46,657 nt of DNA from Thermodesulfobacteriota bacterium (lineage in GTDB: Bacteria; Desulfobacterota; GWC2-55-46; JADFVP01). The position numbers were made by a program, and so were the translations under genes. Positions 1 to 9,637 of this stretch are shown here, in pieces. The stretch lies in assembly GCA_046753945.1 (NCBI GenBank), contig JBHHUW010000002.1:1-46657 (forward strand), given 5' to 3'. Every line of letters starts with the position of its first letter. Position 1 is the stretch's first letter. The notes under the pieces are model-generated. The model saw only the letters and a list, made by a program, of their open reading frames with translations. It searched no databases and was not told where the DNA came from.

Positions 1-17
1 AAATTCACAGACACCCC

Positions 18-180
18 GGCGTATTCGCACCCCGGCGTAATTGCACCTTGGCGTAATTGCACCTTGGCGTATTTGCACCTTGGCGTATTTGCGGCTACGG
101 CGTATTTGCACCCCGGTGTACTTGCACCCCGGCCTATTTGCGGCTATGGCGTATTTGAGGCCAGGGAGTATTTGAACTTC
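18..180. repeat. Degenerate 16-17 bp tandem repeat array, about 10 units, consensus GGCGTATTTGCACCYY
   Basis: Read directly. Units start at 18, 34, 50, 66, 82, 99, 115, 131, 148 and 165. Units at 34 and 50 are identical (GGCGTAATTGCACCTT) and the unit at 66 differs by 1 nt. Units degenerate toward the 3' side. There are no spacers between units. Confidence 0.9.
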
Positions 181-395
181 GGCCTTTTAGAGACAACGGC
201 AGGTTTCCTCATCGGTGTTTTTGCCAGTGGTACATCTGGAACGGCCTGCTTATTGTCTCGTACAGATATCATTGCAGTTATTACGGCATACTCTTTGTGG
301 TTTACTCATCCAGCGCACCCATCCCGGCAGATCACTCAATAGTTTCATCATGAAATACATCCTTGAAATCATATTCATATAAAAAGGAGATATGA

Positions 396-1796
<1,401 letters not shown>

Positions 1797-1928
1797 GGGT
1801 CACCTTTCCAACACATGCAGGGTGTCTCTCTTATGACGTCCTCTCTTCTTATACCCCTACCTTTATTGGAACGGCAAATCATAGCGCTGTAACTATCTGA
1901 ATTTAAAGAAGAAAATAGTCATAGATGT

Positions 1929-1962
1929 AAACATGCCGCGGGGCAAGCCCCGTGGCATGTTT
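1929..1962 (+). terminator. Strong hairpin after the first regulator gene (possible attenuator or terminator)
   Basis: AAACATGCCGCGGGG-CAAG-CCCCGTGGCATGTTT forms about a 15-bp stem with one G:U pair. The U-tract is only partial (TTTGTTG) and partly inside the stem, so terminator function is uncertain. Confidence 0.35.
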
Positions 1963-1994
1963 GTTGCGTCTCTTCATAGCAAGGAGGAGTCCTG

Positions 1995-4364
1995 GTGCAG
2001 AGGTTTATCTTATATATTCTTTTAGTGCCTGTCCTGATTTTTTCTTCTATCTTACCGGCTTATGGTGAAGTAGAAGGAGATATTGTGGCAGTGAGAGCAG
2101 GCAGGCACAGTGATTTTCACAGGCTTGTCATTGAGCTTCGAAACAAGGCGCGTTACAGCATAATAAGTTCCGGTACAACCCTTGAGGTACGAGTCACTGG
2201 TATTGATTCCCTTAATTTCAGCGGAGCTTATGCAGGAACGGATTTCTTCAGAGTTAAAAAGGTCACTACATCAAGAAAAGGCAAGGTCCCGGTGACGACC
2301 TTTCTCTTGAACCTCAAGAACAATGCCGCCAGGATAAGGTACAGGTCCATTAGAAATCCGGAGAGGATTATCGTGGACTTGTACCCGGGAAAAGAGAGGT
2401 CCCAGGAGGCGAAGAAGTCTCATGCCCTCATGCAGAAGAAAGTCCCCTCGGCATCAGCATCCCGTAGGGGTTACATAAGGCAGAAGGAAGGTCGTTTTGC
2501 CTTTAACAGGGGTTGGAGATGGATATATAGAAAGATGGCGGTAAAGATCATGAAGGACAGCTATTACGTAAATTTTCCTGACCCCTGGCTTGATAAACTC
2601 GGTGAGTATTTGCCCATGGAGAGCGGTCTTGACCTTAAACCTGGCATGGATGCCGAGTCTTATTTAAAGACCCTGACCTTAAGAGGCGAGACTCCACGCG
2701 CCAGGACACTTCAGCACATAATTTTACTCATAAGAAAAAAAGTGGCCATTGCTGATGTTGAGCTTGACCTTATAAGTACGCCTGAGAACGAGTTTACGCC
2801 TCTGGCGCATTTTCTCATTGCCTCGGCTTATGAGAGAGAGGGTTTGTACCCGGAGTCAATTGCTTACTACGGCATGGCATATGAGACGAAGAGTGCAAAA
2901 AAACTAAAGGCCATGGCTGCCCTTGGCAAGGGCAGGGTGCTCTTTGTCTCGGGCAAGGTGGGTGAGTCCGAAAAATGGTTCAAGAAGGCTCGCGGCGAGG
3001 GCTCCGTAGAAGCCGTGGGCTGGCATGCCAACTCGCTTCTCTTAAAGGAGGACTTCAACGCGGCGTGGTCAAAGTACGCCAACCTGGATAACATCAGAGA
3101 TCCAATAGTCCTTATGGGCTTTGGGGATATAAAGATGATACGTGGTGATTATGAGGGGGCAAGCCTCATCTTCAAGGGGCTAGAATCAAGGTTCAGAGAT
3201 AAGGCATTCCTTCAATCCTTCTTCGCACTGAGAGAGGCAGACAGTCTGCTGGTCCTGGGCGCCAAAGAGGAGGCCCTTAAGACCTACAATAATCTTAAAA
3301 AGACCGGGGCAGGCGAGGGTCTCTATATGGCCGGCCTTGCCCTTGCCGATTACTTTTCCTATGAGGGCAATAATCTCTTAAAGGCCAGAGACCTTTATAG
3401 AGAGGTGGCCATGGGCAGGCGTGCTGCTTCGGCAGAGGCCCTCCTGCGCCTTGCCGAAGTGCTTGAAAAATTAGCCCAGTATGGCGAGGCAATGAAGGTC
3501 CTTGACGAACTCTTTATTGAATACCCCAGAGCCACAGGAATAGATAAGGCCCGTTTCCTCCGTTCTAAGGTAGCATATAAATGGATTGCAGACCTATATG
3601 CCTCGAAGAAGTGGCACGATGTGGCCATTGTCAATTACCGTCATGGTAACTGGATATCCTTTGGGAAGAGGGCCGAGAATTTCTTGAGAGTGGGCGAGGC
3701 GCTCTTGAGAGTAGGGCTTACGCCTGACGCCGTAATGGCCCTTGGCAAGGCCGAGAAAATAGGCCGGGTGGATATAAGGCGCAAGGCGAGCTTTTTACTG
3801 ATTTCTCTTTATCTTGAGCAGAGGGACTTTAGCTCTGCCGAGAGGCTCCTTGAGGATATGAGGAGCGATTCGCCTGCAGTTGAAAGTTCCTCTCTCTGGA
3901 AGGATTACTACATGGAGGCGCAGTATCTGAAGGGCAACTACAGAGAGGTTATAAGGCTTGGCAAGAATAGAAAAGAGGGAAATTTTCTTCTGATGAGGGC
4001 CAAAGCCTACAAGGAACTGGGTATGTGGCAGGAGGCCCTGCGGCTTTATTCATTGGCCATGAAGAAGTATGAAAAAAAAGATGATAAGACGGGCCTCATT
4101 GAGGCTCGCACCGGGTATGCCGACAGCCTTTTTCTCTCAGGTGGCTTTGCCGGGGCCATTGCGGCATACGAGGAGGCAGCCTCGGCGGCAGAGAAAGTCT
4201 CAGGGCCTCATGATATGTGGGCAAGGTACCGCCTCTCACTGAGCTACGCTCGTACCGGCAGGGACGAAGAGGCCCTGACAATAGTTAAAGAACTTAAAAA
4301 GCGGGATAATTTATACGGCCAGTGGGCCGAGGCCATGACAATGGCAGAGAGCCGGGGACAATGA
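1995..4364 (+). CDS. Secreted AMIN-domain + multi-TPR repeat protein (789 aa)
   Basis: GTG start preceded by AAGGAGGAG. Signal peptide is MQRFILYILLVPVLIFSSILPAYG. The N-terminal VAVRAGRHSDFHRLVIEL...TLEVRV...RIIVDLYP pattern is typical of AMIN domains. The rest is Ala/Leu/Tyr-rich TPR-like repeats (e.g. AYKELGMWQEALRLYSLAMKKY). Confidence 0.75.
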   Translation: MQRFILYILLVPVLIFSSILPAYGEVEGDIVAVRAGRHSDFHRLVIELRNKARYSIISSGTTLEVRVTGIDSLNFSGAYAGTDFFRVKKVTTSRKGKVPVTTFLLNLKNNAARIRYRSIRNPERIIVDLYPGKERSQEAKKSHALMQKKVPSASASRRGYIRQKEGRFAFNRGWRWIYRKMAVKIMKDSYYVNFPDPWLDKLGEYLPMESGLDLKPGMDAESYLKTLTLRGETPRARTLQHIILLIRKKVAIADVELDLISTPENEFTPLAHFLIASAYEREGLYPESIAYYGMAYETKSAKKLKAMAALGKGRVLFVSGKVGESEKWFKKARGEGSVEAVGWHANSLLLKEDFNAAWSKYANLDNIRDPIVLMGFGDIKMIRGDYEGASLIFKGLESRFRDKAFLQSFFALREADSLLVLGAKEEALKTYNNLKKTGAGEGLYMAGLALADYFSYEGNNLLKARDLYREVAMGRRAASAEALLRLAEVLEKLAQYGEAMKVLDELFIEYPRATGIDKARFLRSKVAYKWIADLYASKKWHDVAIVNYRHGNWISFGKRAENFLRVGEALLRVGLTPDAVMALGKAEKIGRVDIRRKASFLLISLYLEQRDFSSAERLLEDMRSDSPAVESSSLWKDYYMEAQYLKGNYREVIRLGKNRKEGNFLLMRAKAYKELGMWQEALRLYSLAMKKYEKKDDKTGLIEARTGYADSLFLSGGFAGAIAAYEEAASAAEKVSGPHDMWARYRLSLSYARTGRDEEALTIVKELKKRDNLYGQWAEAMTMAESRGQ

Positions 4365-4365
4365 G

Positions 4366-5220
4366 ATGGAAATGAACATGAATATTGACAAGGATTTTCT
4401 AAACAGGGCTTTTAAGGACTTTGAGGAATCCTCGCGTAAACTTGAGCGCCAGTACGCCATGCTGGGTGATAAGTTCGGGGAGCTTGAGAGAGAGTTTTCA
4501 GGAAAGAACAAGGCCGCAGAGAGGACGGCACGCCTTGCGGCCATGGGAGAGATGGCCGCCAAGATAGCTCACGAGATAAGAAACCCGCTGGGCTCCATGC
4601 TGATATTTTCCACCATCCTCTGCCGTGAGCTCTCCGGGCAGGCAGAGAACCAGAAGCTCGCCGGACATATACTTGAGAGTGTAAGAAACCTCGACCGCAT
4701 ACTCTCGGACATGCTCGTCTTCTCCAACGGCCCCGAACCCTCATTGGAGCCCATAGATATACGTGATGTCATGGAAGATGCCATTGAGACATGCTCGGGG
4801 CGAAGCGCGGATAAGGACATTATGATAAACCGCTCTTACAGCGGGAGCACTCTGGTACGCGCAGATGCGGGCCTGCTGCGCCAGCTCGTACTGAACCTCC
4901 TCTTTAACGCCTTTGACGCCATCGGCGACGAGACCGGCTCCATTAATATCTCTACGGCCATCGTGGGGTCTCAGACCCTTGAGGTTACAGTGGAAGACAC
5001 GGGCTGCGGCATGGACGAGAGTGTAGAGGACAGGATATTCGATCCATTTTTTACCACAAGGCACAGCGGCACTGGTCTTGGCCTTGCCATAGTTGCCTCC
5101 ATAGCCAGGGCCCATGGCGGAGAGATAACGTGCTCAAGAAGGGCGGGGTCTGGCACGAGATTTACGCTGAGCCTGCCTTGGAGTGAAGATCACACGGAAC
5201 CGGTACAGCCCCTTACATAG
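4366..5220 (+). CDS. Soluble sensor histidine kinase (HisKA + HATPase_c, no TM segments), FlrB/FleS-like position
   Basis: H-box is AHEIRNPL. N-box is LLFNAFDA. G1 is EDTGCGM and G2 is GTGLGLAIV. Starts 1 nt after the stop of the TPR gene. Confidence 0.9.
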   Translation: MEMNMNIDKDFLNRAFKDFEESSRKLERQYAMLGDKFGELEREFSGKNKAAERTARLAAMGEMAAKIAHEIRNPLGSMLIFSTILCRELSGQAENQKLAGHILESVRNLDRILSDMLVFSNGPEPSLEPIDIRDVMEDAIETCSGRSADKDIMINRSYSGSTLVRADAGLLRQLVLNLLFNAFDAIGDETGSINISTAIVGSQTLEVTVEDTGCGMDESVEDRIFDPFFTTRHSGTGLGLAIVASIARAHGGEITCSRRAGSGTRFTLSLPWSEDHTEPVQPLT

Positions 5221-5236
5221 ATATTGGAGGTCTTAA

Positions 5237-6589
5237 ATGCAGGAGATGCAGGATATACTTGTTGTCGATGATGACCTTGGCATGATGACGGCGCTGAACG
5301 AGGCCCTCTGCCGCAAGGGTTACAGGGTCTCTACCGCCGCGTCGGGTAGAGAGGCCCTTGAGATGTTCCATGACATGAGGTACAGGCTGGTAATAAGCGA
5401 TATGAAGATGCCCGGTATGGACGGCGTGGAGCTCATGAGAGGAGTGAAGAAGATAGAGCCCACAACCCCCGTCCTTCTCATCACGGCATTTGGAACAGTG
5501 AAGAAGGCCGTGGAGGCCGTGAAAGAGGGGGCCGTTGATTTTATCCAAAAACCCTTTGACCTTGAGGTACTCGAAGGCCTCGTAGATCAGACGCTGTCCG
5601 GGACCAGAGGCAGCGAGGAGTTGAGAGAGGCCATGACTTTACCCACAAGGTCTCCTGTGATGAGCAAGACCCTTGCTTTTGCCAGGATAGCCGCCGGCAG
5701 TGATGCCACGGTAATGATAAGCGGCGAGTCCGGCACCGGTAAAGAGCTCCTCTCAAGGTTCATACACTGCCATAGCTCCCGTAGAGACGGCCCCTTTGTA
5801 GCCGTAAACTGCGCCTCCATACCGGACGGGCTTCTTGAGAGCGAGCTCTTTGGCTTTGAGAAAGGCGCCTTTACAGGGGCTAACACGGCGCGCGAGGGAA
5901 AATTCGAGCAGGCCCACAGAGGGACCATACTCCTTGATGAGGTGAGCGAGATGGACGTAAGGCTTCAGGCCAAGCTCCTGCGCGTTATTCAGGAAAGGGA
6001 GGTTGAGAGGCTCGGGGCAAAGCGTATAAAAAGCCTTGATATAAGGATTATTGCCACCACCAATAGAGACCTCAGGGAAGAGGTATCAAAAGGCCGTTTC
6101 AGAGAGGACCTCTTCTACCGTCTGAATATTTTTCCTCTTATTATTCCGCCCCTTCGGGACAGAAGAGAGGATATAACTTTTCTGGCAAGCGCCTTCATGA
6201 AGAGGTTCAGCACGAGGTATAAACGCCACCTCACCTCCATCTCCACGGAAGCAATCACCTATCTTGAAGAGCGCAAATGGCCCGGTAACATACGTGAGCT
6301 GGAAAATACCATTGAACGCTCTGTGCTCCTTAGCAGCGGCTCCGTACTTACCAGAGAGCATCTTCTTCTCTGTAACCTTCATGGAGGGGCTGCTGAGCCT
6401 GCCGGGGCCCCTCTTACCGCCGCCCCATCTATAAAGGGAATAACCATTAAGGATGTAGAGAGGGACCTTATATACAAGACACTTGGGGAGACTGGAGGCA
6501 ACAGGACAAAGGCGGCCTTGATGCTTGGAATCTCCATAAGGACACTTAGAAATAAGCTCAAGGAGTACGGAGCTGCTGCGTCGCCGTGA
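5237..6589 (+). CDS. Sigma-54-dependent response regulator, canonical NtrC/FlrC/FleR type
   Basis: Receiver has VVDDD, LVISDMKMPGMDG, LLITAFG and IQKPF. Walker A is GESGTGKE, followed by ELFGFEKGAFTGA. C-terminal HTH is TKAALMLGISIRTLRNKLKEYG. Confidence 0.92.
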   Translation: MQEMQDILVVDDDLGMMTALNEALCRKGYRVSTAASGREALEMFHDMRYRLVISDMKMPGMDGVELMRGVKKIEPTTPVLLITAFGTVKKAVEAVKEGAVDFIQKPFDLEVLEGLVDQTLSGTRGSEELREAMTLPTRSPVMSKTLAFARIAAGSDATVMISGESGTGKELLSRFIHCHSSRRDGPFVAVNCASIPDGLLESELFGFEKGAFTGANTAREGKFEQAHRGTILLDEVSEMDVRLQAKLLRVIQEREVERLGAKRIKSLDIRIIATTNRDLREEVSKGRFREDLFYRLNIFPLIIPPLRDRREDITFLASAFMKRFSTRYKRHLTSISTEAITYLEERKWPGNIRELENTIERSVLLSSGSVLTREHLLLCNLHGGAAEPAGAPLTAAPSIKGITIKDVERDLIYKTLGETGGNRTKAALMLGISIRTLRNKLKEYGAAASP

Positions 6590-6675
6590 GGCCCTTCTCG
6601 CCTGTTATAGGGAAAATTATACCCTCTTCTCATGAGGATTTATCGTAAATATTTGTAAATGCAGGCCCTTATTTA

Positions 6676-6691
6676 CGGTATGAATCTTGCA
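6676..6691 (+). promoter_or_regulatory. Sigma-54 promoter upstream of flgB (CGGTATGAATCTTGCA)
   Basis: GG at 6677-6678 and TTGCA at 6687-6691 give exact GG-N10-GC spacing. Lies about 185 nt upstream of the flgB ATG and directly downstream of a sigma-54 activator gene. Confidence 0.7.
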
Positions 6692-6720
6692 AATAATATT
6701 AAGAGGGCCACATCAAGAAG

Positions 6721-6820
6721 ATGTACGGGGGTGGAGTACATGGGGGTGGGTGTATAGGGGTTTGGGTCTGTTCGGGGTGGGTGTATCAGGGGTGTTGTGT
6801 CTCTGCCGGGGGTGTGGGGA
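6721..6820 (+). repeat. G-tract-rich, C-poor leader segment with duplicated GGGGTGGGTGTAT motif (G-quadruplex-type pattern)
   Basis: Hand count is about 52 G versus 9 C in 100 nt, with ten runs of G3 or longer. GGGGGTGGGTGTATAGGGGTTTGGG (6742-6766) fits G3+N1-7 x4. GGGGTGGGTGTAT occurs at 6743-6755 and 6774-6786. Confidence 0.85.
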
Positions 6821-6876
6821 AGTTTTCTGTAGTATGAAAAAAGGAAAACCTCTTAATGGGAGGATGGGAGGAAAAA

Positions 6877-7281
6877 ATGGACTTTATCTTCGGTCATACA
6901 ATAGGGGTACTCAGAAGGACCCTTGATGTGAGGGCCGCCCAGCAGAAGGCAATAGCCTCCAATATTGCCAATAACGAGACCCCGGGTTACAGGGCAAGGG
7001 ATGTGGACTTCAAGTCCGCACTGGGAGAGGCCTTTAATGATAAGGGAAGAGCGGTAAGCCTTACCGGTACGCACCCCTCCCATTTTGGCCACGTAAAGAG
7101 CGAGCCGGTTATCAAGATGGTGGATAGGCCCTATGAAGACAATGGTTTTGATGATAATAGCGTGGATATAGAGGACGAGATGGCGCGCCTCTCGGGCAAC
7201 TACATGATGTATAACGTCTCGTCAAAGATACTTAGAAAGAAGTTCCACCTCTTAATGACAGCCATAAAAGAAGGGAGGTAG
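6877..7281 (+). CDS. flgB: Flagellar basal-body rod protein FlgB
   Basis: The sequence AQQKAIASNIANNETPGYRARDV is the rod-protein N-terminal signature. I prefer the ATG at 6877 (GGGAGG RBS 5 nt upstream) over the ORF-track ATG at 6856. Confidence 0.9.
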   Translation: MDFIFGHTIGVLRRTLDVRAAQQKAIASNIANNETPGYRARDVDFKSALGEAFNDKGRAVSLTGTHPSHFGHVKSEPVIKMVDRPYEDNGFDDNSVDIEDEMARLSGNYMMYNVSSKILRKKFHLLMTAIKEGR

Positions 7282-7285
7282 CTCT

Positions 7286-7717
7286 ATGGATAATATCTTC
7301 TCTGTTATTGCCTCGGGCATGAAGGCACAGAGGGTGAGAATGAACGTTATATCAAGCAACCTTGCCAACGCCAACAGCACCGGCGGGCTCTCCGGCACCA
7401 CCTACAGGCGAAGGGACGTTGTCTTTACCTCGGTAAAGGAGAGACCGGATTTCTCTCATGTCCTGCGCACCGCAGGAGGCCCCTCACTTGAGGGCGTGCG
7501 CGTCTCCGCCATAGTAGAGGATAGCCGGCCTCTTAAAAAGGTCTATGAACCGGGCCATCCGGGCGCCGATTCAGACGGGTATGTAAAGTACCCCAATGTT
7601 AACTCCGCCGAGGAGATGGTGAACATGATAAGCGCTTCGAGGAGTTACGAGGCCAATGTAAACGCCTTTCGGGCTACTCGTGAGATGCTGATGCGGGCCA
7701 TGGAGATAATACAGTAG
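7286..7717 (+). CDS. flgC: Flagellar basal-body rod protein FlgC
   Basis: Contains MKAQRVRMNVISSNLANANST. The C-terminal EEMVNMISASRSYEANVNAF is typical of FlgC. Confidence 0.93.
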   Translation: MDNIFSVIASGMKAQRVRMNVISSNLANANSTGGLSGTTYRRRDVVFTSVKERPDFSHVLRTAGGPSLEGVRVSAIVEDSRPLKKVYEPGHPGADSDGYVKYPNVNSAEEMVNMISASRSYEANVNAFRATREMLMRAMEIIQ

Positions 7718-7749
7718 TTTATTGTTAATAGAAGCTCTGGGAGATAATC

Positions 7750-8049
7750 ATGGTGGATGCGATAAAAGGGGCCGGAAATATCCTGGCGGAGTCCGGCGCA
7801 ATTAAGGCAGGTAAAGGGGCCGGGGAGAAGGGTGATTTTGAGGGCATGCTCAAGGCAAGCCTGGAGAAGGTCAATACCCTTCAGGGCGAGGCCGATAAGA
7901 GCATCGAGGGCCTTGCCTCAGGCGAGGTCAAAGACCTTCATGAGACGATGATAGCTATAGAAAAAGCAGACCTCTCATTTAACCTCATGGTTCAGGTGAG
8001 GAACAAGCTCATAGCCGCCTATGAAGAGGTTATGAGGATGCAGGTATAA
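7750..8049 (+). CDS. fliE: Flagellar hook-basal body complex protein FliE
   Basis: About 100 aa. C-terminal MIAIEKADLSFNLMVQVRNKLIAAYEEVMRMQV is the FliE signature. Position between flgC and fliF fits. Confidence 0.9.
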   Translation: MVDAIKGAGNILAESGAIKAGKGAGEKGDFEGMLKASLEKVNTLQGEADKSIEGLASGEVKDLHETMIAIEKADLSFNLMVQVRNKLIAAYEEVMRMQV

Positions 8050-8053
8050 GACT

Positions 8054-9625
8054 ATGGCTCCAGTATCAAAACAGCTGAAGGGTATGAGCTCCATGAAACT
8101 GGGGGCACTCATGACTATTGCCGCGCTTACGGCCGGGGCCATAATCTATCTTGTCTCCTGGAGCCAGCGCGCGGAGTACGGGGTGCTATTTGCGGGACTG
8201 GACCCCGGGGACGCCGGTCAGATTATCGCCAAACTTGGCGATAAGAACATACCCTACAAGGTTGACGGCGGGATTATCTCCATCCCCGGCAATAAGGTTC
8301 ACCAGACAAGGATGGAGCTTGCCGGAGACGGCCTGCCAGGGGGCGGCGGTCTTGGTTTCGAGCTCTTTGACAAGGGAAATTTCGGCCTTACGGACTTTGT
8401 GCAGAAGATAAATTTTCGTCGTGCCATGCAGGGCGAGCTCTCAAGGAGCATCTCGCGCATTAAGGGCGTGCGCTCCGCCCGTGTTCATCTTGTTATGCCC
8501 GAAAAGGGTGTCTTTCTGGAGGAGGAAAAAAAGGCCAGCGCGTCTATTGTCCTTATGCTTAGTCCCGGCGTGGCCCTTGGCGCCGGCGATGTGAAGGCCA
8601 TAGTACACCTTGTTGCCGGAGGGCTGCAGAACCTCAGCCCAGGTGATGTGACAATAGTGGACACTGAGGGCAGGCTTCTCACTCCGGGCACGGACGAGGA
8701 AGAGAACAGTGGTTTCAGCGCCTCGCAGATGGATTATAAGAAGAGGATTGAGTCGGATATGGCCGCTCGTGTCCAGTCCATGATTGAGAGGGCTTTTGGA
8801 AGCGGCAATGCCGTGGCGCGTATCTCAGTGGAGCTTGAGAGGCGGCGCATTGACAGGACTGAAGAGATTTACGACCCCGATAGCCAGGTCGTTAGAAGCG
8901 AGCAGAGGACAAAGGAGAGCATGGGAGGCGCCGGCGCAACAGGAGGCGTACCCGGGGTGCTCTCAAATGTGCCGGGTAAAGACGGCAAGAGGAGCAGCGG
9001 GCAGGGCGCTTTTTCCAAGAAAGAGGACGAGGTGCTGAACTATGAGCTGAACAAGGTGGTAAAACGTGTTGTTGAACCCTTTGGTCAGGTAAAGAAACTA
9101 TCCGTCTCTGTCCTTGTTGACGGCAGTTACGCCGCCCTGCCTGCCGGGGCCGCCGAGGGCGCCAGGAGAAAATACATAGCCCGTACACCAGAGGAAATCA
9201 GCAAGATAACGGCTATGGTTAAGGGCGCCGTAGGATTTAATGAGGAGAGGGGCGATATAATCAGCGTGGTAAACATCCCCTTTGAGGAAAGGCTGCCTGC
9301 CATGACGGCCTCTATACCAGAGGAGGCACCACCCATGATGGAGCGGATTATGCCTATGGCCGTGAAATACGGCAGCGTGGGCCTTAGCGTGCTCTTCCTT
9401 ATATTTTTCGTGTTGAGGCCCATTATAAAGAGATTGACTCTGGAAAAAGACGCACTTGAGGCCATTCAGCAGAGCCTTCCAAATGTCTTTGAGGGCCCGG
9501 AACGGGCCGTCCTTGAGTCGGGAACAGAGGAAAGGATAGAGGCAACGGAGAAGCTAAAGCAATTGGTCATGGAGAATCCCAGGCAGGCCGCCATGGTCAT
9601 CAAGGGCTGGATGCAGGAACGATAA
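8054..9625 (+). CDS. fliF: Flagellar MS-ring protein FliF
   Basis: N-terminal TM segment. Contains FELFDKGNFGLTDFVQKINFRRAMQGELSRSI (YscJ/FliF family), a second TM near the C-terminus, and a FliG-binding tail. Confidence 0.93.
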   Translation: MAPVSKQLKGMSSMKLGALMTIAALTAGAIIYLVSWSQRAEYGVLFAGLDPGDAGQIIAKLGDKNIPYKVDGGIISIPGNKVHQTRMELAGDGLPGGGGLGFELFDKGNFGLTDFVQKINFRRAMQGELSRSISRIKGVRSARVHLVMPEKGVFLEEEKKASASIVLMLSPGVALGAGDVKAIVHLVAGGLQNLSPGDVTIVDTEGRLLTPGTDEEENSGFSASQMDYKKRIESDMAARVQSMIERAFGSGNAVARISVELERRRIDRTEEIYDPDSQVVRSEQRTKESMGGAGATGGVPGVLSNVPGKDGKRSSGQGAFSKKEDEVLNYELNKVVKRVVEPFGQVKKLSVSVLVDGSYAALPAGAAEGARRKYIARTPEEISKITAMVKGAVGFNEERGDIISVVNIPFEERLPAMTASIPEEAPPMMERIMPMAVKYGSVGLSVLFLIFFVLRPIIKRLTLEKDALEAIQQSLPNVFEGPERAVLESGTEERIEATEKLKQLVMENPRQAAMVIKGWMQER

Positions 9626-9637
9626 GAGAAGAGGTCT

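Noticed and set aside
18-180. The tandem repeat could be a CRISPR array or a stack of sigma-54 promoters, since each unit contains GG...TTGCA.
   Set aside because: Units are only 16-17 bp and directly abut, with no unique spacers, so this is not CRISPR. Within a unit, the GG-to-GC distance is 9 nt rather than the obligatory 12 (G-to-G), and no combination across units restores it.
64-342. A 92-aa + strand ORF runs through the tandem repeat.
   Set aside because: The reading frame stays open only because of the repeat. The product is a reiterated LHLGVFA/AYLHPGV artefact with no RBS, and an overlapping - strand ORF is equally implausible.
6687-6926. A 79-aa ORF covers the G-rich flgB leader.
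   Set aside because: It starts at a TTG that is the -12 element of the sigma-54 promoter, so it lies upstream of the predicted transcription start. Its Gly/Val/Trp-rich product simply reflects the G/T composition, and it overlaps the flgB start.
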